The notes under the pieces are model-generated. The model ran no database searches and was not told the DNA's origin. It worked only from the letters and a program-made list of their open reading frames with translations. The translations under genes and the position numbers were made by a program. Of a DNA stretch of 64,000 nt, positions 1 to 11,678 are shown in pieces; position 1 is the stretch's first letter, and every line of letters starts with the position of its first letter. Where the stretch lies: assembly GCA_964199315.1 (NCBI GenBank), contig OZ116709.1:5518001-5582000 (forward strand), in the 5' to 3' direction. The stretch is from Orbicella franksi. Its lineage: Eukaryota.

Positions 1-641
1 GTGACGTAGCTGCTTTGAATGCCTCCATGATCAGTGGACAAATTCCGGGGTTTGTAACACATTATCTGCAATTTGCCTATCGACACTAGTGTTTAGTCAT
101 TTTATGTATTTCCTGCTTATGTATCTCTGCTATCAATAGGAGCTTCATGGCTCCTATTGATAGCAGAGATGCTTTGTAAGCTCCTTGAAGGAACTACCCT
201 GAAAATTTATCTTTAGATTTTTATTTTCAAATAAAGGTGTGTATCTATCTTAACCAGATGCTTTGTTCTTTTTACCAATCGGTTTTAATTTTTTTTTTAC
301 GAAGAGAAGAAAGGGAAATTTGGTCTTCACATGCCGCTGTTTCGAAAGCTAGCGTGAAGGTTTCATCGTGGTGGTGAATCCTGTGACTGTTTGCCATATA
401 AGTTTCCCCCAGGCGTTGTCACGCAATTTTAAGCGGCTGACACGCACAAACCCTAACCTTGGGAAAGACCGGGGGGAGGACGAGGGTACGAGAAGTAAAA
501 GAGAAATGGTGAGATACCAGAATTTCGAACAGAAGGTCGATTTCGATCATGATATCCTCTTGTAGTTGTTAAAATGTACGTTAGGATGGTATCAACCCCG
601 TAAAGCCAATTTCGATGAAATGCATCTAGTTATAAATGGAC

Positions 642-804
642 TATAGTTGAACCCCGCCACCTGGAACTCAGGGAAACGAAAAATAGTTCAAGATGTCGGG
701 GACTCGAGATTGCCGATAGTAAGTGAAAAGGGAAAATGATTTAAGTTCGAGATAGCGGGCAGTTCGAGATACCCGAGTTCGAGAGAGTGAGGTTCAGTAC
801 TGTA
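642..804. mobile_element. Small Tc1/pogo-like MITE remnant
   Basis: Imperfect termini TATAGTTGAACC ... GAGGTTCAGTACTGTA with repeated internal TTCGAGAT motifs, a pattern typical of Tigger/pogo-type MITEs. TIRs are degenerate. Confidence 0.4.
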
Positions 805-1527
805 CGCTAAATTATGGGCCATTTTACTGCAAGCAGAGCAGAGTGCATATTATCACCCCTCCCCCCTCCTTCCTTCTCCTGCCTCCAAACGAGACCCCCC
901 TTAGCCCTTCAGTGAAGGTTTCTCTTTTGTTTGAGACTCAAAATATAGTTATACTTGATTTCGAGAGCATAGACAAGGACTTTCGAAATTTCAGCCATAG
1001 AAAATCAAAGCACTTTTATATTGACACGAAACAATCAACAAAGCCCTCTGTTTACTCCGCGCGCGTCATTCATCGAGCAAAAATTTCTGGGAGCACAATA
1101 AGGACTTCAAACGGCCATTTTGACCGAGCTGACTCTTTTTAGATTGTTAAAAGCCTTGGAAACGAATAACACATGGCAAAGCTATCACTGCGATAACAAT
1201 CAGTGATTTGGGAAGTTTCATTCGGTTGTGGGGTAATATCTATTACAGGGTGACTTATCCAAATATTTTATGAGCTTTTTCGGTCACTGATTAGCTGACC
1301 AATTGGTTTTTGCGATAAGAAAATGAAAGATTAAACAACGCAGGTTTTTAGTACTGTTAATTAGTCGAGGCTCATAACTGAACAGGCCGGAAAAAGAATT
1401 CCAATTTTATCAATTTTAAAAGCGTTCGGGACGGTAGCTGGGCTATTTGGTAACCCAGTCTACTTGACAATGATCAACAATTATGTCAGCCAGAAAAATT
1501 TCGTCACGTCCTAAACATCGCCCATAC

Positions 1528-1950
1528 CTTTTGAATTTCGTTTTCCAACTGCCCAAGTTTTTGCTTGAGTTCCGTGCTTTGTAGCTCCATGGTGTCGGCT
1601 CTTACTGTCGTCTCGGCTAGATCTGTCTCAATCTGGTGTATTCTCTCGTCTTCGTCGATCTCGACGCTCTCCAGGGTTCGCACCACTTCACTCTCCTGCA
1701 CACACTTTTCCTCGTATTCTTCACTCTTCATTTTCCTTTCCTCCAATAGGACTTTCTTCTCGTCCAGCTCTTTCTGAAGAAGTGAAATTCTCTTTTTCAT
1801 CGAGTCGATGTCAGACTCATGCTGGTTGTAAGTGGCTTCCACCTCTTTCATACTCGTTTTGGCATTATGCTCCCGTTCCTCGGCGTCGTCGATTTTGTCT
1901 TTGAGTTTTTGCATTCGCTCGCGAACTTTGAGTAGTACCTCGCTAGACAT
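1528..1950 (-). CDS. Tropomyosin-like coiled-coil protein, first coding exon (141 codons); gene continues left of the window
   Basis: MSSEVLLKVRERMQKLKDKIDDAEEREHNAK...LENEIQK is a continuous heptad coiled coil resembling cnidarian tropomyosin N-halves. It ends at a phase-0 donor AAG|GTATGG. The upstream part of the listed 256-aa ORF does not look coding, and no downstream exon was found in 1-1500. Confidence 0.8.
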
Positions 1951-4820
1951 CTTGAATGAATTGTTTTTGTTGTGAACCAAATTTGAAAATGCTACAAAAC
2001 AAAGGAAAAACGGGAAAGCACTGTTAAGGTGGCACCTCTTTTCAGCGGCGAGTGGAGATGATCGTGAGATATCGTATGGCGACTGTGGTTTATTAGGTCG
2101 GAATTTGGAAATATTCCTGGAATGTTCAGGGCGAGTCTTAAGTGCTCGAGTTCGATAACTAAAACAGAAATGAATTGTAAATACGAAAAGCCTTTTTCGT
2201 GACCCATGGACCCCGTTTAAATGGCTAAGTATGGATCGGGTTACCATCCTACTAAAATTCCGTCTAAAAAACACTATTTATCCATACACCATTCTAGTGT
2301 CTACGACTATGAAAGAATTGTCTTAGTCGAAGAACAATTAGTTAACCTTTATTGGCATGAAGTATCTTTATCTCAGCAGCGATCGATTCCTTGTTCCTGT
2401 TCAAAACGTTTTGGCTTTTACTGTATTTAAGGAGAGAATAGATCTTTATCACGGAACCCAGCTGGTGTTCTTAAATGTAAATATAGCTGCAATTCTTGTA
2501 ATCACACACTGAGATTGTGTCAATTGAATTCGACGGGTCGATAGTAATCCTTATTTCGGTTCATTGTTATTAACAAATCTATATTTCATTTGAAAGTATA
2601 TCTGTATTTTCTACCATTTGTCGTATGCGGCTCGAAACATGTTTACACGCATTGATCGAAAAGAGCGCTCTGTCCGTTTGTGAAACGAAGAGACTCGATA
2701 AAAACCCTTTGATGTACACCACCTCTTTTCAACATCATTCAAACGTGTCTGGAAAAATATTTAGGTTTCATTCGTCTGCTCAATTCCTTGTGCAAGAAAA
2801 AAATAAACACCTGGTGACACTTAAATCGTAGCTTTCTTTCGAAAGCCATAACTGTGAGATTCTTTCTCAATCATGGGTCATAAATCAGTTTTACATATAT
2901 TACAACAATATTTACCACGACCAATGTCTTTTAATCAGCAGCAAACGGAAGGCTAGCTCGATTTGCTTTTGTTGTGACAAACATTTCCCATTCTTTACGT
3001 GCTTAAGAATACGATATTTCCCTCTCAGGCCGCCCTTGTCACTACATGACGGTAAGCGGGGGGGGGGGGGGGGGGGGGGGAGAACGAAAACAAGGGATCG
3101 GAGAAAGCAAATCCGCTTATTACGCGCGTGACTACGAAAGGTAAAACCAAATAAGGAAAATGATCTACAGTCCCAATTTAGTGTTATAAACATGCTTGGA
3201 TTGGAGAGAATTGTTGCCACATACCTACACGTCTAACTGCAAATGTTCTGAGCAACCCACGCCTTCCATGGATATTTCAGGTTGCGAAGATTCTGTCTAC
3301 TTAGTTGCGTTCAGTTAAGAGACGATCTTCCTTCGATTTATGGAGAGATGGGAACATTATAAAGAGATACAGAAACAATCGATCATTCGATCTTTGTAGA
3401 TACGAACTCTTCCGCAGGGGGTTATAATTTCGTTGAATTTCAGTTCGTTTTAGGTTTCTGATCAAAGATGTGTCTTCATCTGAGCTTTCGGAACGCGATT
3501 TTAAATCTCTCTTTCTCATTGACGCCAAGCAGCGCACGAATCGAAATAGAGAGAAAACGACGTAGAGGTTCGAAAGCGATTAATTAATAAAGCAATGCAT
3601 CATTGTCTCATCTTATATTCATTTATAATTTGTCTGTCGTCATTGTAGCTGATGACAGCTGCAAGTGCCTGCCTACTTACAGACCTGTGTAAAGGTACCT
3701 CCAGTGTTGGGTTACACGCGAATTGTGGACACGAACTTATTAGTTAGACTTTGAAACTCGAAACGTACACCCAGGAGCGCTTGATTCTTAAAATGGATTC
3801 TCTCGGCAAAGTGGGGAGGGGGCATAACTTTCGACAGCCGAAAAACACCGAACTGATAGTTGTTTGGCCCTCCCCACCCCTCACTGTCTGGGAGAGTCTC
3901 AATGCACGCCATCACAGTCACCGCTGTTTTTAACATTTTTAACCTTTATCCATAATTACCCATGTGAAGGTCCTGATAATCATATCTCTCGTTTAACTGC
4001 ATTTTTATGACGGTGGCCAATAAATGTAAATTGTCTAAATTAATTTTCAACTTCAATATAATGCGTTAATGGGCCCAGATGTAATTAACGAGAACTTTAA
4101 ATTGAGTTTGCCCTGGGACCAAAATGTGTGCCGTCATAATTGAGATTAAGCAACCAGTTGAGATATTTTTACACAGTTTGACAACCTATGAGATACCATC
4201 TAGAAACTTATACGTTTTGGTAAATTATCTTAGGAATCTTCTACACAAGGCAACCTGTCTGCCTGAATGGTATGAACGCATTTAAATGATGACACTTATT
4301 TCTGACTAAGTATTTTAATAAAATTATCAAATAGTCTCTCTACCGTGATAGGTAAATGTCTTGCTTATCAGTTCAAGTTTTCTGGACGAGGACGTGCCAT
4401 GATTCACGAGATGTTGATCATGAATGACAGCACCTTGTAATTAGATACGACTTATTGTCGAACTGGAGGTAATGAAATAAGTGATTGGTTGATCGCCGCG
4501 CGTTTGGCTTTTTCTCCCAAATATATTGACGAACGTCCATTTTCTGCTCAAAACATCCGGCAGTAGATAGGTTTTGGGTCTGATTTAAAGGGCATGTAAA
4601 CCCAAAGGGCATGTAAACCCAAAAAAAGTTTTTCTTATTCGACGCAAACAGCAACGTAGAAAACGAATTTGGCATTTATTTTGCTCGTTTGGGTTTCGTT
4701 AAGGAGAAAAACAGCTTTTACGAGAAAAAAATCCACTTCCGGTGAAAACAATAGTCATCTGTCGTGACGTAAGCGGTGGAACACAAACATTGCGCAATAG
4801 GGATTCCATATGAGAATTCT

Positions 4821-5708
4821 ATGGCGGATCGGGAAAGTGGGAGTAGCTCGGAGGATCTTTTATCGGATGACAGCGATTCAAATTTGGTGAATTTGTATGA
4901 TAGTGATGTAGAAAATTCAGTTGTAGCTGTGGAACAATCTGGGCCTCGTCCGTATCAATCTGAGCCACGAAGGGTCCGACAAAACGATCAACAAGAAGCC
5001 AGCCCAGAACCAGATGACAACAACTCAGACCGTCTTGGAAACACAGACTGGTGTTTGATCATTTTGCAATTAAATTACATTTTTAGCAGATGAACATCAA
5101 TTGAACCCGGCGCATAGTCAGATTAGCACGCAAATAGAAGCTCACCAAATTTTGTTGTTGTCTTTTTTCCCGACCTTTCTTGGGTGCATTAAAAGGTGCG
5201 AGTGTCAAGTATGTCAGCCAATGCCGACTGCTCACGAAAGTGTTTGCTGCGCTGAAATCGGACAAGTCTGGCAAAAAGTAGAAAATCAGAGGCCAGAAAT
5301 ACAAATGAAATGTATTACCTAGCATCCAGGATTTCAGTCGACCTGTCTTGATGTTTGGGTGTTTGAAACTGCTTATTACGCATTCAGGCAGCAGCACGAC
5401 ACAGATAATCACACAGGAAACAAGTGAGTTTACTTTTATTTTAACTATCGCGGTTCAATTGTCAGATTTACCTCTGCCGTAACTGGTTTTATTTTAGTGC
5501 AACACTAGTGTAGATAGTTATTTCTCTGTATTTTTCGTGTAGGAGATTTCGATACATTGCCTATCGGCAGCTTGTTCGTTGGTGCTGGCGTTATCTTGGT
5601 AAACATGTCCGAGTTGCGCTGCCATCTTGTGCTGTAAACAAGATCCGAAGCACCTTTCCAGCCGATTTTGGCACCACGTATACTGGGTTGAAGCCACCAA
5701 CCCAGTGA
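4821..5708 (+). pseudogene. P2X7 cytoplasmic-ballast-like (probable KolX-type) protein, 3 exons, one nonsense codon
   Basis: Exons 4821-5050, 5196-5423, 5543-5708 with GT-AG introns give ...TDWCECQVCQPMPTAHESVCCAEI...KCIT*HPGFQSTCLDVWVFETAY...KRFRYIAYRQLVRWCWRYLGKHVRVALPSCAVNKIRSTFP. This matches the WCxCxxC/ExxCC/HPGF/YxAYRQ/LPSC pattern of the P2X7 C-terminal ballast family. TAG at 5320-5322. Confidence 0.85.
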
Positions 5709-5944
5709 GGGATAAGAAGGTGATTGCTAATTTACATCATAATTATTGAAAATATGTTACAGCACTGGCAGCAATGGGCTTAACATATACAAAGGCACAA
5801 ACGTGGTTTGCCGTAATTACCTTTCTAGTTACTCAATGATGTGCAAGCGTGACACATATTGTTCTACTGCTGTTTCTTTGCAGGGTTTCTCAAAGGAAGC
5901 AGAGATTATCTGTGTTGCGAAGAATAGCAGATAAAGTGGTTTAC

Positions 5945-6363
5945 CCTATTAACCTCAAGCTTTTGAAGAGCTCTACTTCTTCTAGGCCTTTTATCGGCAC
6001 TGTCAGCCATTTCCGGTTGTTTGCTGCCTTCATTTTGGATAGGCCGCTTTCGTTTGTCGCAAGAATTTGTTGCTGCTGGAGACTGTATCGTCGGTACAGC
6101 ACCAGAAAGTAAAGGACTTTGCTTTCTCAGCCCCATTTCTACCATGAAACTTTTTTCGTAACAATCCGGAGAAAAATGAATGTTGCAAATAACCGAATGC
6201 TCCGTCGGCTCTACGAAATCGGCCCTTTTCGCTAGGCTCGATTTGCGCCTTGAACAAATTTTACCCACTGCCGCCTCAAATTAGCGTCTTTTGGAAACTT
6301 ACGCGTAGTATGGCCTGTTTTGTTCGAATTACTGCAAAACTGAACGACGCAGCGTTTTACCAT
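5945..6363 (-). pseudogene. THAP zinc-finger exon (transposase N-terminus), frameshifted
   Basis: MVKRCVVQFCSNSNKTGHTTRKFPKDANLRRQWVKFVQ, a frameshift near 6235-6250, then KRADFVEPTEHSVICNIHFSPDCYEK...GAVPTI: the THAP C2CH signature with the AVPTI box. Donor AGG|GTAAAC at 5945. Confidence 0.85.
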
Positions 6364-7161
6364 AATGAAGATGTGGTGTTTTTCCAAAAGAAACTATGTA
6401 AACATGTGCTTATTCCACAACGTGTTCAAGAAAGACCTTTGACTTCCCGTAACTAAAGGTCCACCCGTGACGTCATTTGCTAGATTACGCAATTCAAGAT
6501 GGCGGATGTTTAGAACTTTGAAGCGATTTTTCAACGTAAAAACGGGCTAAAGTGAACAAAAGATCTACAGATTTGGCAGATGTCATGTATGTACTAAACG
6601 ACTATGTGGTCCCCCAAATAGCATTTTTTGGGTTTACATGCCCTTTAATCGTGATATGTACTGGTTTTTTTTTTTTGGGGGGGGGGGGGGTAGAGACTTT
6701 AAAGTTTAATGATTTTTAGCAGGCAACTGCTCAGAATTAATCCTTTAATATGTAAAATTCACATTTCGAGTACTCTCTTGTGTGACTTAAAGACCCATAA
6801 AAGGAAACACAAACAACTCACCTAATTTGGCAAGGTCACTCCGAGAAGTTACAGTCTCACGGCTATTTTGATTTTGAGAATTTTTCAACCAATTTTGGTT
6901 CCAACATATTTTCTACGTTTGCAGTAGACACATACACTAGCACAAACAGACTCAAACTTCGTGGATTGATTTTGTTTCTTGATCGCTTTTATGTGCTCGT
7001 GAGGTATAAATAACTCCCGTGATCTGAGTAGAGGGTAAACCAACCAAACTAACTATCAATTGCAGGTCTAGAGTTGGCAGTCCGCTATCCGTTATCTTAA
7101 GCAGAAATGCACCTGTTACACTTGTCATAACTGTCATAAACACACCTTTGGTTCAGAACTG

Positions 7162-7203
7162 TAGTAGCTCTAGCAGCTCTAGCAGCTCTAGCAGCTCTAG
7201 CTC
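7162..7203. repeat. 9-bp minisatellite (TAGCAGCTC) x~4
   Basis: tagtagctc tagcagctc tagcagctc tagcagctc tagctcc read directly. Confidence 0.85.
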
Positions 7204-8559
7204 CTAAGCTGCTATTGTTTTTTCACTGTAGCCGCCGCAAGAGACGAAGAGACCTCATTTTCTCTTGGCAGCCGGTATTGCTTTAGGACAAGAGACCATT
7301 TTCTCTTGTTTAGGGCTAGGAGCATTGTTTCTGTTGCTTGCTCGAGCCATTCATTCTACATGACCCATTTGCTTTGTTCACCACCATGGTGGTCGAAACA
7401 AAGTATAAGATATGAGATAAACATGCTAACCTCACATTAGGCAGTTCATAATTACACGTAGCCGTAAAAGTATGCCCATGGCAGATAATCGAACGACTCG
7501 AGAAATGTTTGAAGCTAACTCGTGATCCAGCTGTGTTTGGTGACTTTAATGACAACAAATGTTGAAGCTAAATGATGCTGTACTCTCATTGACGCGATGG
7601 GCATTGTACTCTTCAGTCCCTAGATCCTCGCCGGTACGACAAAACACATCTGGCAAATTGATAGAGTTGATAAATCGCGGTGACCGCGATTAAAGGGACA
7701 ATGTCATGAACCGCGCATGTGCGACGTTTCGGTCGAAACTTGAAAAGTTCAGGCGAAATTTTTCAAGTTGGAATTCGGCAAATTCAAAATGGCGTCGACT
7801 AGTGGCGGGAGCCAGTCGTGATGTGTGAACAAGTGTAATTTGACTGCAATGAATAGTCCATGCTATTAAAACGCAGGGAGAAAGCTGTTATGAAGGGATA
7901 ATCTGGAAGGAAGGGGGTTGTTTTGGACCAATTTTCTGTCAATTTAGGGACCGCCTGTCAGCCCTTGATACGATGCTTCCACGTAGTAAATACCGAGTCT
8001 ATAATGGCCAGTTGAGGTACTCAGCTCATCTTAACCTCCTTATCATAAATGTCCTAGGAATTGCGTTTACTTAGCTTTTAAATGACGCAATGAACGTATA
8101 ATTCTGTGGAGATATACTAGATAAAATAATTGAAAAGCAGCGTGTGGTTTGAGACGGTTAACAGTCAATTTGACGGATATTTTAGTGAAATACGGCATGA
8201 TATTTTGGCTATTTATTGCATCGTGGCCTAGCTTCAGATCGTAACGTAGTGCGAAATTTGCATTCACTTAGCTTTCAATTGGTGTATTAAATCTGTTGAG
8301 ATTTACCGGAGAAAAAAAAATGTTTACACGACACGGTTAGCCTTATGAAGTTGAAAGATACTTGGTTCATGTTGCAATTCGACAACATGAGTGAAAAACG
8401 GCATGGTTTTTAGGCTATTAAACGCATCTTGACCTTTAAATCGTGACAAGAATCAGATGTCACATGTAATATCACAAGTTTCTGGTTGCACTTGAGCAAA
8501 CTCACTTTGACGAACGGACAGAATAGAGCCGGGGACATTAAAATTCTGAAGTCGTAACT

Positions 8560-8832
8560 ATGAAGATCATCTGTGCAGGATTTCTAAAAAAAGGAACTAA
8601 ATCAATTGCCAAAGCCTTGCGGCACCTTGGATTTACAGTGTTCGACTGGGAAGAGCAAACGTTTGACTCCCTAGATCACTAGGTTGATGTGTTTCAAAAT
8701 GGCGCCAAACCTGATGGGAAGCGAGTTTACCAGAATGCTGATGCATGCGTGGATACGCCTGGAAACTTCTTCTTGGAGGAAATACTGGAAGCTTTACCTG
8801 ACTGTAAAATGATTTTGAGCAAATCGAGTTGA
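8560..8832 (+). pseudogene. Sulfotransferase-family (Sulfotransfer_4-like, P-loop) pseudogene, N-terminal fragment
   Basis: MKIICAGFLKKGTKSIAKALRHLGFTVFDWEEQTFDSLDH*VDVFQNGAKPDGKRVYQNADACVDTPGNFFLEEILEALPDCKMILSKSS*; resembles the family start MKVICAGxxKTGTKS and the DxP/PDxKxIL motifs. In-frame TAG at 8680-8682; no C-terminal half follows. Confidence 0.75.
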
Positions 8833-8996
8833 AAGTTGAAAGTTGAATCGAAGGACCGATGGAAGGATCAAGTGAATCTCCCATCCATACCTACAAAGCC
8901 TAAAAATACTCAATTCTATAAAAAAAATATTGAGTCTTCATAACACGTGTTTAGAACTTTTCGAACCTGTAACGGGCAATACATCATGCAGTATAG

Positions 8997-9153
8997 ATAT
9001 ATGTTATTTACCAGCTGGGCGGTCGGTTTATGTATAGTAAAAAAAAGAGTACGAGTTGCTCCCCGATGCCGCAGGCTTAGGCAGCATTTTCAAGTCCGAG
9101 GTCACAGTTTTTCACTATACGGACTGACGTACCTTACGCCGGTAAATAATAAC
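8997..9153. repeat. Foldback MITE-like interspersed repeat
   Basis: Ends GTTATTTACCAGC ... GCCGGTAAATAATAAC are imperfect inverted repeats; the interior (GGCAGCATTTTCAAG..GAGGTCACAGTTTTTCACTATACGGAC) resembles a common coral repeat. Confidence 0.5.
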
Positions 9154-11678
9154 TTCTTTATTATTTTCCTCTCTCTCTCTCCCTCTCTTCTCGGACCGGA
9201 CTCGAGTGAGGGGCGGAAATCGAGCCTATTGCTTTATCCGCACAAAAGATGTCAGCAAGAACTGAAAACTAACTGTCAATGTGTGTCATTTTCACTCTGA
9301 AGAAAGTTCTATTCTCCGCTGACACGTCAAATCATTTCGGCGATACTAGCAGTTTGTTTTTCACTTTCAATAGGAACGCATATTCGAGGAAAGCCCTAAA
9401 CCAAATGATATCCGTACTGACAACCCTAAAAAGCAATTCGACTTCCGCTCTCTTGAAGAGTCGTATCTAAAATTATGTCTGATTTGATTGACCTTGTACG
9501 AATCGGCTTTCGCTTTCTTGTGTCTGTCGTACTAATCCTATTCACTTGGTTTTCACTTTCTTTTCCACCTCCAATGACGGCGATGATGATAAATGAAACT
9601 TTATTTAAGTGTCAAGGCCTTATAGTTCTACTACAGTTGTGGTTACACTACTGATCACTTTTTTGTTCTCTCAACTATTAGCCTGGGGAAGGGTCTTGAA
9701 GTGGCCGTGATTTCAAACATTTCTTATATGAACAGCATTCAAACTATAACAGTGACTTCATTAATAAATAAGGTTTTACTGATTTTGGTGTTAAGTTTAG
9801 AGCGGTTCTGATATTTTTGAAATCCAAGATGGCGGACTTATCGAATCATCCAAAAAATGGGGTGATTTTTGTTGCAAAACTTTATATGTTGCCAAAGGAA
9901 AGAGGGGGAGGTGATACCGCCCCAATTACGTATAATTTCACCCTGGGAATGTTAAATTTTTTGTAGTATTAGTTCATTTAAACATACCATTATTGTTTTG
10001 GACTAATTTTAAATCGATTCATGCTGTTTTTAGATGTTTGAAACAAATAGTAAAATCCACCATATTGGGACTCAAGATGGCGTATTAAAGGACGTCATAT
10101 CATAGTGTATGACGTCATTACTACTTTATCTTATAGGACAAAGTTCAGGATAGCTACTAAAATCAAAATTTTATCAACGCATCTAATAGCAATGAAAGTC
10201 GAAGGTTTATGTCGTCATATCCCCTTCCTGCATCGTTTGTTTATTTCTTTTTCACTTTTCTGAAGTCATGAATGTTGTCAGTAACAACACTATAATACTA
10301 ATTTCAGGTACACTTTCTCGATTGACAAACTGCCATATTTTTGAAACTCTACGCTTAAATAGCCTCGAGTTGTTATGTCCAGAATAGGAGGCAATGTAGC
10401 TTCTTTATTTGCTTTAATACTCCGAAACAAAATGGCGCAAAATATATACAAAATATCGCAAGGCACGATGGTCCATGTAGTGCTTACGTCACCGGAAATA
10501 CAATCGAATTACATGTCTTGACATACACTGTTAATAACGTTTTCGTAACAACCCTCTGCTGATCGGTTCGTGTTTCGCTTTCTAGAATATAATGCTTCAA
10601 ATGCTGCACCGAATGTGTGAAAATATATCCCTTGATGAGGTTGACTGTTGAGAGGAACAATGCTACCAGGCTAAATTTACTCCCTTAAGAGACAGTACGC
10701 TTAGTCAAACAGTGGGTGAGTTTTGTTATTATTGTTTTTTTTACTGGTTCCTTTCTCCTCTGTGTATCTTTCAAAAAGAGCGATGTTATTTTGCTCCAAA
10801 AAATGTCCAACGTACAGATTGCTATACGGGTAGAAAGTGTTAATTCTTGAGAAGTTAAAAAGGCATTATCGTGAACATTAATCGGTAACTAGACTATGTG
10901 TGGAGTTATGGCCATATTGTCCGCTTGATATGACAAAAGGATATTGTTTATCACTAGGTTATGTGAATTGGGCAAATTCAACACGAGAAAAATGCTCAAA
11001 TTGCTTTTTGCTACCGAGAAGTAAACCATTGTGCCAACCCCAGTAACTCAATCATATTTGAATTATACATGCAAACTTTTAGTAAAATGAGTTTCACTTG
11101 TTTTGAGTGCTATAGTAGGCTGTAAACCGCCGCGGTCAGTTCTTTATGAAATTTCCTATAAAACTCTAAAAGTAAACGTCTTCTTTTATTGCCAGTAAAA
11201 AGAAACTAGAGTGAATTTTATATTTCAGTACACTTCCTCTCTGCTTACATTAGCTACCCGCAAGTATTGATTTGCGAAAATTCAAAGAAAAATATATGGT
11301 ATGTCAATAAATGATAAACCCTACAATTTCAGTTTCTAGGAATTAGGATAAATACGCTGACTTGAATTAAACAAACGAAATGTAGCCGATAAGCTGTCAA
11401 TTTTTGAGCTATGTTCTAACAAATAACCAAATACAGAAGTCGAATATTAAACGTTTACTTCTTTCGTACGCAAAACCAACAAGAAATTCGTTTCGAGAAT
11501 TATCAGGTTGCTAAAACTTCGCTGGAAAACTGTCAAAATATTACATACATGTGTTAAAACGGAAAACTAAACTAAGTCATAGTTTAAAAATATTCAATCT
11601 ATAGGCACTGATAAATCGGTAATCAGAAAAGGACTATCTGAGGTTCCAGCATTCATTGCGACCAACGCTACAATGATC

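Larger units (their letters stand above)
4589..6644. mobile_element. Non-autonomous Kolobok-like DNA transposon (TTAA TSD, ~21-bp TIRs) carrying THAP and P2X7-ballast-like gene remnants
   Basis: TTAA at 4585-4588 and 6645-6648; TIR AGGGCATGTAAACCCAAAAAA / TTTTTTGGGTTTACATGCCCT; two convergent intron-containing genes inside; no DDE domain seen. Confidence 0.85.

Noticed and set aside
1-110. MISGQIPGFVTHYLQFAYRH* faintly resembles the ballast-like CITxHPGF..AY motif
   Set aside because: Too short, no Cys cluster, truncated by the window edge and no TIR found.
1951-2274. N-terminal 108 aa of the listed 256-aa ORF
   Set aside because: No coiled-coil character; the tropomyosin-like sequence starts at Met 1950, so this is probably open 5' UTR or intron.
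3058-3080. G23 run (and T/G run at about 6665-6690) as G-quadruplex elements
   Set aside because: Simple homopolymers, common in such assemblies and of uncertain length; the poly-Pro ORF over it is spurious.
7690-7720. TTAA-AGGGACAATGTCATG, a Kolobok-like left end
   Set aside because: No matching right end was found, so the element cannot be delimited.
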